From positions 3,981-67,980 of IMG/VR virus record IMGVR_UViG_3300009314_000009: a stretch of DNA of 64,000 bases; one strand, 5' to 3'. The notes under the pieces were generated by a model that was not told the DNA's origin, did not search any database, and worked only from the letters and a program-made list of their open reading frames with translations. The stretch is from a virus. Shown in pieces: positions 27,766 through 37,148 of this stretch; the first letter of the stretch is position 1, and every line of letters starts with the position of its first letter. The translations under genes were made by a program, and so were the position numbers.

Positions 27766-28506
27766 ATGTCAGATCAACAAGTAACAGTAAGCACAGTCAG
27801 ATATTTGAGTCAAGATCGCGTAATTGACCGTGGTAATCTTCATAAAATGGAAGAAGAACACCACAGTAAAAACGGGTATTGGGTTGAACTGAATACCCAG
27901 GCAAAAGAAGAAGTCCACTGGCTCAAAAATAAACTGAAAAAGAAAAGATCTGAAAAAAGATTAGAGATTATAAGAGAATGCAAACCCTCATTGGATCCAA
28001 AAGAATTGCCGGAAACCCTTAAAAGTTATTTAGATGTTAAAGCCCATCACAGAAACATTTCAAGTAAACTTGAAGCAAAAAAAGCTGAAGCCCGTTTGAA
28101 CGCAATGTCATATCCTATGAAAACAGCTACTGGCAAAGCAAAAGATCCTACATCTGCTGAAATTGATGCACGTATTAAATCTGATGGTGATGTTATTACT
28201 TTAACTGAACAATTTAATGAAGCTTCAACTGAATTGGAAATTTTAGAGGCCAAAGGCTATCAAAATGTTAAAAATAAAGAACCTACTGTTGATGACATTA
28301 ATGCGATGATTGATAATGATGAGGCAATATCTAAATTAACTGAGGAATTATTAGAAGCTGAAGCAGCTCAAATAAAATACCAGGCTGCCGTGGATGAAAT
28401 GCGCGGTGTTAAACAATCAATAAGTAATTTAATCACCCTATGGTGTAATCATTATTGGGATGACCCTAAAGCTGTAGTACAACAACGTAAATTGGAACAG
28501 GAGTAA
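27766..28506 (+). CDS. UvsY-like recombination mediator with internal duplication
   Basis: KDPTSAEIDARIKSD and KEPTVDDINAMIDND repeats; ISNLITLWCNHYW end; adjacent to SSB. Confidence 0.55.
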   Translation: MSDQQVTVSTVRYLSQDRVIDRGNLHKMEEEHHSKNGYWVELNTQAKEEVHWLKNKLKKKRSEKRLEIIRECKPSLDPKELPETLKSYLDVKAHHRNISSKLEAKKAEARLNAMSYPMKTATGKAKDPTSAEIDARIKSDGDVITLTEQFNEASTELEILEAKGYQNVKNKEPTVDDINAMIDNDEAISKLTEELLEAEAAQIKYQAAVDEMRGVKQSISNLITLWCNHYWDDPKAVVQQRKLEQE

Positions 28507-28509
28507 AAA

Positions 28510-29652
28510 ATGGCTCGTAAGTTAAGTGAAAAAAGAAGAAAAAGAAGTGAAGAAGCAGCCGGTGCTACCAGTATGGGAGGAAGTACTGGCGGTTATTATG
28601 CTTTGAATGGGATATCACACCCCCGATTTGAAATACAACAAGGGGAAAATATTGTTGATGTTATCCCTTACGTTATCAAAAACAAAAATCACCCGCATAT
28701 ACTTCGGGATGATAATGACCTTGGTGAAATTGAAGCTAATTTGGATATAAATGTACACCCTAGAATTGGGGAAGATAAAGTGTATTTTGTTTGTCCAGAA
28801 AAAGCTGGATTGCGTCCTAAATGTTTTCTATGTGAAACTATGTGGGAACATTGGCGTGAAGCTGGTGGAAAATCTTCCAGTGATACTCATCCCCGTTATA
28901 AAGCATTTCAGGCTTTAAAAGATAGCCGCAGATGGTTCCTTTTTGTTCGTCCACGAACAGGACCCCAAAAAGGTATGATTTGTTTTTGGGATGCTCCTTA
29001 TTCAGGCAAAAAAGCTGCTTGGGGTGAACAAGTTGATAATAAAATCAAATTTAAAAAGAAAAAAGGAATAACAATTGATTATGTATCTACTGATATGGAT
29101 GGTTGTTCTATTTCTTTCGATGCTTCAAAAGGTGAAAATGACAATTGGTTTGAGTACCAAGAGTTTGAATTTGTGGACAGAGAAACACCTGTCACAGATG
29201 ATGATGTTGATTCTCTTCCTGATTTATCTGAATTCATGGTAATTTGTAGCAATGAGGAAATGAAAGCTTATTACCTTGATGGCAAATTGCCGGATGCTTA
29301 TAAAAATAAAAAAGGTACATCTGCTGAAGAAACCACTGCGGAAACGTCTGAAGAAACCACTGCGGAAACGTCTGAAGATTCAACTGAATCAGCTGGAGCT
29401 CCCCCCGCATTAAGAGCTCCACGGGAGGACAAACCAGACCCGGAGCCAGAAACACAGACTGCATCTGTACCGGAATCTGCACCTGCGGAAGAACCTGCGA
29501 AGGACAAACCAGAAGATGTACCCGTAACTTCTTCTGATTCAGGAGAGTGTCCTGAAGGCCGTGAATTTGGTCCCGGGTATCGCGGTTGTACAAACAAAAA
29601 AACCTGTCCTAATGTAGATGCTTGTTACAAAGCAAAAAGAGCAGCAAAATAA
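28510..29652 (+). CDS. Single-stranded DNA-binding protein (gp32-like) with acidic linker and C-terminal Cys4 domain
   Basis: H...CP...CFLCE Zn motif, aromatic OB core, acidic linker, position in the replication operon. Confidence 0.7.
   Translation: MARKLSEKRRKRSEEAAGATSMGGSTGGYYALNGISHPRFEIQQGENIVDVIPYVIKNKNHPHILRDDNDLGEIEANLDINVHPRIGEDKVYFVCPEKAGLRPKCFLCETMWEHWREAGGKSSSDTHPRYKAFQALKDSRRWFLFVRPRTGPQKGMICFWDAPYSGKKAAWGEQVDNKIKFKKKKGITIDYVSTDMDGCSISFDASKGENDNWFEYQEFEFVDRETPVTDDDVDSLPDLSEFMVICSNEEMKAYYLDGKLPDAYKNKKGTSAEETTAETSEETTAETSEDSTESAGAPPALRAPREDKPDPEPETQTASVPESAPAEEPAKDKPEDVPVTSSDSGECPEGREFGPGYRGCTNKKTCPNVDACYKAKRAAK
29324..29378 (+). repeat. 24-bp in-frame tandem repeat in the SSB linker
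   Basis: CTGAAGAAACCACTGCGGAAACGT twice (EETTAETS). Confidence 0.85.
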
Positions 29653-29664
29653 AATAGGTTCTTT

Positions 29665-30081
29665 ATGTATCAATCTAATGAAATCAAAACCAGTGACTTC
29701 CATCAAATGATGGAGGCTGCTGGTATTGGTTGTTATGAATCTACTATAAGGCATTTTCTACAACAATATCCAGAATTGGGCAAGATAGAAAATAAGGGTG
29801 GACCAGGAAGTCGTAAATACATTTATCACAAAGATAAAGCAGAAGAATTTATCAAATTTCGAAATAACACTCATGAAAAATGGTATAGTTTAATTAATCT
29901 TTGCAGAGAAACCAATTCAACCAAATTACCTTATGAAAAATGGAGAAGGAAATTTCAATACAATCTTGTGTATAAATTGGGTATTGTGCCTGTTAAAATT
30001 TATGGTTTTGCTTACGTACCACGGGAAAAAGTTAAATGGATTAAACAAAAATTAAATCCTATCAGGAGTAACATCAAATGA
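29665..30081 (+). CDS. Putative DNA-binding protein (excisionase/MerR-like HTH)
   Basis: ESTIRHFL...GGPGSRKYIYHKD. Confidence 0.5.
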   Translation: MYQSNEIKTSDFHQMMEAAGIGCYESTIRHFLQQYPELGKIENKGGPGSRKYIYHKDKAEEFIKFRNNTHEKWYSLINLCRETNSTKLPYEKWRRKFQYNLVYKLGIVPVKIYGFAYVPREKVKWIKQKLNPIRSNIK

Positions 30082-31238
30082 CAAAGAAAAATGAAAAGAA
30101 AGCTCAATTGGATGACATTGATGAAGTGTATGAAGATGACACCTTTCTACACTTGTACAAAGTTCATGACCCGTGGGGCCGTATGCGTACTGGATGTTTG
30201 CTTCATGATCTACAAGCTGGGGGCAGCAAAGGTATTTTAGGGTATCCTTTAGGTTGGATGGTTAATTTTGTTGGGGGCAGTTCTTCTGGGAAAACTTTAG
30301 CAGCCCATGAATTAACCGGTTATGAATATAATCAAGATAAAAAAATGAAACCTTGTTACATACCTACAGAATATGGAGACAGTTTTGATACTGAAAAAAT
30401 GTATGGTTTTGATGCCACTATAGATCCTGAAGACATTCCAAAAACTGTTCAGGAAGCTGACGCATTTATGACACAACATGTACACTCTTTGGCTGATCCT
30501 AATAAAAAAGAAAATGTATCAAAAAATGTGATCATTCTCGATTCTTTAGATGGTTTGCGTTCTAATCAAACCATTGATATGCAAGATGAAAGAGTGGATC
30601 AATACAGAAAAGGAAAAGAAGTAAAAGACAAAGGAAGTTATCAAGCACAAAAAGCTTGTTTTTTATCACAACATTTTTTCCCTAATCAAGCTTGTAATTT
30701 ACGACACAAAAAAGCTTCTTTGATTATTATTTCCCAAGTCAGAGATAATATGAGTGTTACGTCTTTTGAAACAGAAAAACGTAATGGTGGCAGAGCCATG
30801 GATTTTTATTGCCATACTGTACAATGGTTTTACCAAGTACAAAAACTTTACGCAACAGGGAAAGCTGAAAAAGAAGGCAGAGCAGCCGGGGCTATAATGA
30901 GGGTAAAAAACAAAAAATCAAAAACTCCAAGGCCTGGCAGAATCATTAACATACTTCTATATTTTAATTTTGGAGTAGATGATGTTGGAACCAGTTTGTT
31001 ATTTCTTTATGATCTTCTTACTGAAAAAGGTAGAATGACTTGTAAAAATTATGATATAGAATGGGATGGGGAAGAAACAACATTTCTTGATTTGCGTGAT
31101 CGCATTTATGGAGAATGTCAAAATGGTAATTATGCAAACCGGAAAAAACTTGATCAATTAGTTATTGAGAAATGGGAAGATGCTGAGCAAAACAGTATTA
31201 AGTTTACTCCCGGTGGTGGCTCTTTTTCAAAATATTGA
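30078..31238 (+). CDS. RecA/UvsX-like recombinase
   Basis: GYPLG...GGSSSGKT, IILDSLD, IISQVRDN, GGRAMDFY. Confidence 0.9.
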   Translation: MTKKNEKKAQLDDIDEVYEDDTFLHLYKVHDPWGRMRTGCLLHDLQAGGSKGILGYPLGWMVNFVGGSSSGKTLAAHELTGYEYNQDKKMKPCYIPTEYGDSFDTEKMYGFDATIDPEDIPKTVQEADAFMTQHVHSLADPNKKENVSKNVIILDSLDGLRSNQTIDMQDERVDQYRKGKEVKDKGSYQAQKACFLSQHFFPNQACNLRHKKASLIIISQVRDNMSVTSFETEKRNGGRAMDFYCHTVQWFYQVQKLYATGKAEKEGRAAGAIMRVKNKKSKTPRPGRIINILLYFNFGVDDVGTSLLFLYDLLTEKGRMTCKNYDIEWDGEETTFLDLRDRIYGECQNGNYANRKKLDQLVIEKWEDAEQNSIKFTPGGGSFSKY

Positions 31239-31245
31239 GGATGTT

Positions 31246-31728
31246 ATGCGTATTTTAGGTGTTGATTATGGTACTAATGGAGCTTTTGCTTTAATAGATA
31301 CTGAAACTGAGGAACATGAAATTTGGGATATGCCGTTGGAAGATGGTGAAATTGATGTTGTAAAAGTTGGTGAAATCCTTGATAAAAGAGATTGGTGCCT
31401 TGATGTTATTTGGATTGAACATGTAATTGCCAATGGGCCCAACGCTGGTAAAAAAGGTTTACTTAAACAAGGTAAAAATATTGGCAAAGCTGAAGCCATG
31501 TTAATTTTATTTTCCAATAAGTATAATTGGCCTATGAAAGATGTAAGTGGTCAACGTTGGACAAGATTCCAAGGGCTCTGGGGCAAAGATAAAAAGAATC
31601 ACGTGCTAAAAGCAATTGAAAAATATCCTATGTTAAAATCATTGATGTACGGGCCTAAAGGAGGTCCAAAAGATGGGAGAGCTGACGCACTTTTAATAGC
31701 TGATTACGGGAGATATAACAATGAGTAA
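31246..31728 (+). CDS. RuvC-like Holliday junction resolvase
   Basis: ILGVDYGTNGA, IEHV, DGRADALLIA. Confidence 0.88.
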   Translation: MRILGVDYGTNGAFALIDTETEEHEIWDMPLEDGEIDVVKVGEILDKRDWCLDVIWIEHVIANGPNAGKKGLLKQGKNIGKAEAMLILFSNKYNWPMKDVSGQRWTRFQGLWGKDKKNHVLKAIEKYPMLKSLMYGPKGGPKDGRADALLIADYGRYNNE

Positions 31729-31906
31729 TCCAACTGAATACGATAAATGTCTAAGATGTGGGAGACCTCTTAAAACAAAGGAAAGTCGCGTACACGGTTA
31801 TGGCGCTGTTTGTCTGAAAAAAAGACAAGAACTTGAAATTACCCCAGGCACTCAATTGAATAATACTTTTGAGGACGGATCTGAAAAGGAGGTTCCCAAT
31901 GAATAA
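31721..31906 (+). CDS. Small Zn-finger protein (DUF6011-like)
   Basis: CLRCGRPLKTKESRVHGYGAVC. Confidence 0.75.
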   Translation: MSNPTEYDKCLRCGRPLKTKESRVHGYGAVCLKKRQELEITPGTQLNNTFEDGSEKEVPNE

Positions 31907-32008
31907 AGGTGAATTTAAGATTCTTTTATTTTCTTTAATTGGTGATGATTTCAATTATAAAAACGTCACCAAAGCATTTGGTACTCACTATAGAAAAAGG
32001 TTCTCATA

Positions 32009-33259
32009 ATGAATAACACCGGCCCTATTTTATCAGCGCGGGGTATAAACCTAAAATCTTGGGAAGATATTGAACTCAATTTCCATCCTGGGATTAATAT
32101 GTTGACAGGCCACAGTCGTGCAGGTAAAACCAATTTCTGTAGAGGTATGCGTGTAATAAATGAAAATCGACCTGAAGGCACTAATTACATAAGTTTTTGG
32201 GCTGTAGAAAAAACTAAATCAGGAACTGATAAAATAGTTGATAGGTTTTCTTTTAAAACCGTTTTGACTGAAGGATCAATAGAACGTTCCCGGGGACCTA
32301 AAGGAGCCAAAGACAATTTATTTATAGTTAATGATGTACCTTTAAAAGCTGTGGGAAAAGGTGTTCCTGAAGAGGTTACACAACTACTTAATATGAATGA
32401 AGTCAATTTTGGAACTCAACATGGTGAACCTTTTTTATTGAGACCAGATGGCAAAGGTGGAGCTGAAGCAGCCAGATTTTTAAATAAATTAGTTGATTTT
32501 TCAGCAGCCGATGAAGCTTTACAAAGAGTTGATTTGTTATCAAAACAATCTAAAAAAGAAAGGGACCGATTCAAAGCAAACACAAAAGATCTTGAAGAAA
32601 AAATGGAAAAATTCAAAGATTTAGAACTTTTACAGGAGCTGGTGGAAGATGCAACAGATTTGGAACAAGACATTGATGATATTGGTGCTGAGTTGGTGGG
32701 TATTTGTAAGTTACGTGATTCGTTTCATAAACTTATGGAAGATTTTCTTTATTACCCCAATACAGATTATTTGGAAGAACTTTTGGATGAAGGTGAGAGA
32801 ATTGGACCGCAAATTGAAAATCTTGGAAAAGAAATCAGGGATTTATCAAAAGCACAAGAAACTGTAAAACGCTGTAGCCGTTTTCTTGCAAACACTAAAG
32901 ACATTGAGAAAGCTCAGGAGCTCTTAAGAACAGTTGAAAGTTTGAACAGAGGGATCGAAGCTTTGGGAAGTGAGATCAACACTTTAGAGGGGCTTAAAAT
33001 CAAATTTAATAAATGTTCTGAAAAATTAAATAATTTTCCAGATTTAGAAGAAGTTGAAGAGCTCTTGGATGATGTAGAAGAAATCACAGATGAAATAAAA
33101 GAGTTAGAAAGTGGAATTGAAAATCTTGAACAAAGTCAAACTAAATTGGAAGATTTAGCAGAAAAATTACTTTTTTTAGATCGTGATTTGGAAATAGCTG
33201 AAGAGGAACTTGGCACTATTTGTCCTCATTGTAACGGCACTGGGAGGATATCAAAATGA
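32009..33259 (+). CDS. SbcC/Rad50 N-terminal half
   Basis: Walker A GHSRAGKT, Q-loop, coiled coil ending at CPHC hook. Confidence 0.85.
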   Translation: MNNTGPILSARGINLKSWEDIELNFHPGINMLTGHSRAGKTNFCRGMRVINENRPEGTNYISFWAVEKTKSGTDKIVDRFSFKTVLTEGSIERSRGPKGAKDNLFIVNDVPLKAVGKGVPEEVTQLLNMNEVNFGTQHGEPFLLRPDGKGGAEAARFLNKLVDFSAADEALQRVDLLSKQSKKERDRFKANTKDLEEKMEKFKDLELLQELVEDATDLEQDIDDIGAELVGICKLRDSFHKLMEDFLYYPNTDYLEELLDEGERIGPQIENLGKEIRDLSKAQETVKRCSRFLANTKDIEKAQELLRTVESLNRGIEALGSEINTLEGLKIKFNKCSEKLNNFPDLEEVEELLDDVEEITDEIKELESGIENLEQSQTKLEDLAEKLLFLDRDLEIAEEELGTICPHCNGTGRISK

Positions 33260-34143
33260 AAATACTTAACGTTTCAGATATACATTTAGGTTGGTCTAAA
33301 CCCAGATGCCGACAAGATCCTGATTGGGTAGAATCTCAACAAAACATAGTTGATTTTGTAGTTAAAACGGCTATTGAAGAAAAAGTTGATTACATTATAG
33401 ACAACGGTGACACTTTTGATGTGCCAGTGCAACCTCTTGCCGTGATCAATATAATACCAAATGCTTTGGAAAGATACAAATCAGATATAAATTGGATTTG
33501 TATGCCAGGCAACCACTCTTTACAGTATCACCAACCTAAAAATATGCCTAAATCAGCACTTTCTACTTTGGGTCATTGTAAAAAAGTAACAATGCTCAAA
33601 TGTAATGAAGAATTTGAAGCTGAATTTATGGACATACCTATAGTTCACCGCCTTATTTTTCCTAATTTGGAATCGGTGCCCTTTTATGTTAAAGATAAAG
33701 GTGAAGGGTGTTATGAGTATGCTGAATTGTTATTAGATCGGTACCCTTGCCATGATTTAATATTGACCGGAGATTATCACCACAGCTTCCATTTTGAAAA
33801 AGATGGGAGACACGTTGTAAATCCCGGTTGTGCTAATATTCAAGATGCTAAAATGATTGAATACCACCCCAAATTAGCTATAATTGATTATAATCCTGGG
33901 AAAAAGGTGGGAGTTGATTGGATAGCTATTCCTGACAATATTGAATTAACTAGTAATGAGCATATATTAAAAGTTGCTAAAAGTGAAGCTAATATTGATG
34001 GTTTTTTAGAAAAATTGGAAGAGGCTAAAGAATTTACACTTGATTTTTGGGTAGATGTAGAAAATTATATGGAAGAAAATAACATACTACAAGATGAAAA
34101 AGATTTTGTTTTAAATGAAGTAAAACCACAAAAAGAAACATAG
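33256..34143 (+). CDS. SbcD/Mre11 metallophosphoesterase nuclease
   Basis: SDIH, GDTFD, GNH, GDYH, NPG. Confidence 0.9.
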   Translation: MKILNVSDIHLGWSKPRCRQDPDWVESQQNIVDFVVKTAIEEKVDYIIDNGDTFDVPVQPLAVINIIPNALERYKSDINWICMPGNHSLQYHQPKNMPKSALSTLGHCKKVTMLKCNEEFEAEFMDIPIVHRLIFPNLESVPFYVKDKGEGCYEYAELLLDRYPCHDLILTGDYHHSFHFEKDGRHVVNPGCANIQDAKMIEYHPKLAIIDYNPGKKVGVDWIAIPDNIELTSNEHILKVAKSEANIDGFLEKLEEAKEFTLDFWVDVENYMEENNILQDEKDFVLNEVKPQKET

Positions 34144-34151
34144 AGGTACTT

Positions 34152-34406
34152 ATGTCTGATCAAAATGAAATTACTATCCGAAGAAAAAAAGTGGATAGCA
34201 TAAAAGAGGAAAAAATCAAAACACAGGCTGAATTTGACCAGGTAGTGGAAAGCCTCAAAGAAAATCATAATATTTCTCCTGAATGTATTGAAGAAGAGGT
34301 TGAAAAAATTATACCTGAGAAAAAAGCTCAAAAAGAAAAACTGAGCAAACAACGCGATGAAATCCTTGATGATGTTGATGAAATTCTCAGAAAGGCAGAA
34401 GCATAA
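34152..34406 (+). CDS. Small coiled-coil protein
   Basis: ORF track. Confidence 0.7.
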   Translation: MSDQNEITIRRKKVDSIKEEKIKTQAEFDQVVESLKENHNISPECIEEEVEKIIPEKKAQKEKLSKQRDEILDDVDEILRKAEA

Positions 34407-35014
34407 TGAAAAAATTCAGTGAAGAACAAAAAAAGGATCTGAAAAAGATAAAAACGGAATTGTATTCATTATTCCCTGAAAAAGACAAAAAGAATTTTAT
34501 TAAACATCTTAATAATGAAGATTTGCTTCATTACTTGGAAAAACATGTAATACCTGTTTTATTTGGATCTTTTGAAAACACAAGAGCCTCTATTGTCAAT
34601 CTGTTAATTTTGGTAGCTAATCTGCTTCAAAGGGATAAATATCTTGCTTATATCCAAGCCATGGATGATATACCTGCTTTTATTGATAGTTATCAGCCTT
34701 CATTTATACCAGATTGCCCTTGTCATAGAATCAAAGAAATGAAAGGCAAAGTTGAGGTAAAAGCATGTTTTTATAATGGAGGAAAACCCGGGAGCTGTAA
34801 CAAGGCTGCTTGTCCAATGCCCAATGATGAAAGGCCAGAACCTTTACAAAAAATTGATTGTCCTGTTTGTGAGGGTGATCTCAAAAAAACATGTAGTATT
34901 TGTTTTAATCTGGGTACTGTAGAAAAAGGCAAAATATGCCCCACGTGTGAAGGTAATCCTATTGAATGTGAAACTTGCGGGAATAGCCGCATAAACCCAG
35001 AATGGCAGGAATAA
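34406..35014 (+). CDS. Cys-rich Zn-finger protein
   Basis: Multiple CxxCxG motifs, DnaJ-like. Confidence 0.65.
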   Translation: MKKFSEEQKKDLKKIKTELYSLFPEKDKKNFIKHLNNEDLLHYLEKHVIPVLFGSFENTRASIVNLLILVANLLQRDKYLAYIQAMDDIPAFIDSYQPSFIPDCPCHRIKEMKGKVEVKACFYNGGKPGSCNKAACPMPNDERPEPLQKIDCPVCEGDLKKTCSICFNLGTVEKGKICPTCEGNPIECETCGNSRINPEWQE

Positions 35015-35054
35015 AGTAATTAATTACCTTTTAAAGGTAATAAAAGGAACTATC

Positions 35055-35336
35055 ATGGAATTATCAGAAATTTTTCAAGGATTTGCTTATCAAAAAGTTG
35101 AAAACTCATCAAATGTCAAAGCTTATGGTTATGATATTTTCAAAGAGATTTTAAGAGTTCAATTTAAAGATGGCTCTGTTTATAATTACAATGAATTGCC
35201 TGTTTCTGTAGCTAAAGCTATTCAAATGGCACATAAAACTGGAAAATCAGTAGGTAGTTTTTTACATCAAAAAGTTTATCCATTTTCAAAAGGTGTTAAA
35301 GTGTCCTCTAAAGAACCCGGGGGTGGCAATGGATAG
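35055..35336 (+). CDS. KTSC-domain protein
   Basis: SSNVKAYGYD...LRVQFKDGSVYNY...SVGSFLH. Confidence 0.85.
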   Translation: MELSEIFQGFAYQKVENSSNVKAYGYDIFKEILRVQFKDGSVYNYNELPVSVAKAIQMAHKTGKSVGSFLHQKVYPFSKGVKVSSKEPGGGNG

Positions 35337-35961
35337 CCGGTTGGTAAATGCGCAAAAAGTGTTACAAAAGCGCATAGGACGTAAGGAAGAACTTGAACAG
35401 CAGCTTGTAGATGAAAGAGCTCGTTTTGAAAAACAAGAAAAACGTGTTGCCATGATCGAAAGATGTGCTGCCATGTTACAGCAAATTGCCACTGATATGA
35501 ATAATGAAGTGTCCATATCTTTGACTGATATTACACAGGCTATGGTTGATAGTGTTTTCCCCGGGGAATACAAAGTCAAAATGGATTTCAATATAAAAGC
35601 TGGCAGAACCCACGTGGATATTTATTTGGATATGGATGGTACAAAAATATATCCATTAGATGATGATGGTGGTGGAGTTAGTAATATGATGGAATTAGGC
35701 CTCAGATTAGCAGCTTTAAAATTAGGAAAATCACGCAGAACACTTGTATTAGATCAACCTTTTAAGGATCTATCTGTTGAATATCTTCCTTTAGCTGGTA
35801 AGATATTGAGAAAAATCAGTAAAGATTTGAAATTGCAAATGATTATAATAAATCATATAGAAGCTTTAATGGGGATAGCTGACCGTACATTTCAATTTAG
35901 AAAAGATTTAACAACTAAAAGATCACAAGTAAAAGTTGTCAATCATGAACACCCAGAATAA
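35329..35961 (+). CDS. SbcC/Rad50 C-terminal half
   Basis: Coiled coil, DGGG signature, LVLDQPF Walker B, INH H-loop, ADRTF. Confidence 0.85.
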   Translation: MDSRLVNAQKVLQKRIGRKEELEQQLVDERARFEKQEKRVAMIERCAAMLQQIATDMNNEVSISLTDITQAMVDSVFPGEYKVKMDFNIKAGRTHVDIYLDMDGTKIYPLDDDGGGVSNMMELGLRLAALKLGKSRRTLVLDQPFKDLSVEYLPLAGKILRKISKDLKLQMIIINHIEALMGIADRTFQFRKDLTTKRSQVKVVNHEHPE

Positions 35962-35972
35962 AAGGAGACATA

Positions 35973-36221
35973 ATGTCAGAGGAAGTTAAAAAAGAATTGG
36001 ATGAAGAAAAAAAAGAACAAGAAACAGTTCCAATAAAACTTGAGGAATTTGTAGTATTGCCCTTGGATTTTTTTAATTCAATTTTTGAATACTTACAAAC
36101 CAAACCAGTAAATGAAACCCGACATATGGTGAACGCTTTAGATCCTCAATTAGGTAATATAGCAAAACCTTTGAAATTGGTTTTAGATCAGATAGCCCTG
36201 GAACAAAACAATGAGGTATAA
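35973..36221 (+). CDS. Hypothetical protein
   Basis: ORF track, AAGGAG RBS. Confidence 0.7.
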   Translation: MSEEVKKELDEEKKEQETVPIKLEEFVVLPLDFFNSIFEYLQTKPVNETRHMVNALDPQLGNIAKPLKLVLDQIALEQNNEV

Positions 36222-36578
36222 ATGAAAAAACTGTTAATTTTCCTGCTTTTGGGAATCCTGGTTGGTATTGGCCTTGGAAACCCTAAAACGGATTATGAAA
36301 AAAATGCTGCCAGCTCAGAATATGTAACACCATCTCTCACATATTCTGATCAGGAAATTGCCACAATTGATTCTGTGAGCAATGATATTATGATAAAAGC
36401 AGAGATTGATGAACAACACGCTCCTGCAATTGAGAACACCTCTATTATCTTTTTAAAAGGTAGGTGTTATCAAGGTAAAAAACAATGTATAGCAGTGCTA
36501 TTGGCACAAGGAGGTGGATACTTATATCCATACAGTAGGTCTAATGATTCTCTGTCTGTGATAAGACCCACTACTTGA
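36222..36578 (+). CDS. Secreted/membrane hypothetical protein
   Basis: MKKLLIFLLLGILVGIGLG signal peptide. Confidence 0.65.
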   Translation: MKKLLIFLLLGILVGIGLGNPKTDYEKNAASSEYVTPSLTYSDQEIATIDSVSNDIMIKAEIDEQHAPAIENTSIIFLKGRCYQGKKQCIAVLLAQGGGYLYPYSRSNDSLSVIRPTT

Positions 36579-36588
36579 AAGTGTATGG

Positions 36589-36671
36589 CTACTGTGCGAA
36601 ATGGATTTAATTGGTTAATGTAAGTTCGAATCTTGCCGGGGGAAGGTCCCCTGAAATCTAACAAACAGTAG
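36589..36671 (+). ncRNA. Candidate T-loop-containing small RNA
   Basis: CTACTGT/ACAGTAG closing stem, GTAAG-TTCGAAT-CTTGC T-arm, GGGG/CCCC hairpin. Confidence 0.4.
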
Positions 36672-36720
36672 AATGATGAATTATCTCTTACCACGTAAAT
36701 TTTTAAACCCAATAACATTT

Positions 36721-36754
36721 AAAAAGAGCCCACAAAGGAGCTCTTTTTTATTTT
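36721..36754. terminator. Bidirectional intrinsic terminator between convergent arms
   Basis: AAAAAGAGC...GCTCTTTTT. Confidence 0.75.
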
Positions 36755-36768
36755 GTATAAATTTAAAA

Positions 36769-37059
36769 TTATTGGATTTTGGCATCGAATCTTTTATTAA
36801 TATGGAAAAACCGGTTATCAATTCGGCTCATTGCCTCAAAATGTGTTTCACTTTTAAGGTAATTTTCCAGAATATGATCGTGATCAGTTTTATGTATGAT
36901 TTCTTGTTTCTTAACCATGTTTCTGGTTTCTTCCCGGTACTCTTTCTGGGTCATCAAAATATAAGCAGAGAATGAACTAGAAATGGTGATTAAAAGAGTA
37001 CAAAGCCCCCCGATTATCCAACCAGCTATTTTCAATTGATTAACTCTTTGCCTTGTCAC
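36769..37059 (-). CDS. Single-TM protein, possible holin
   Basis: N-terminal TM helix plus coiled coil; last gene of the late operon. Confidence 0.4.
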   Translation of the reverse strand: MTRQRVNQLKIAGWIIGGLCTLLITISSSFSAYILMTQKEYREETRNMVKKQEIIHKTDHDHILENYLKSETHFEAMSRIDNRFFHINKRFDAKIQ

Positions 37060-37148
37060 ACTATCTCCTGAGCTGCTTCCAGTACTGGTGACATATCATC
37101 TATCACAAATTCACTATGACCATCTGCAACATATTTGAAACCTTCCTA

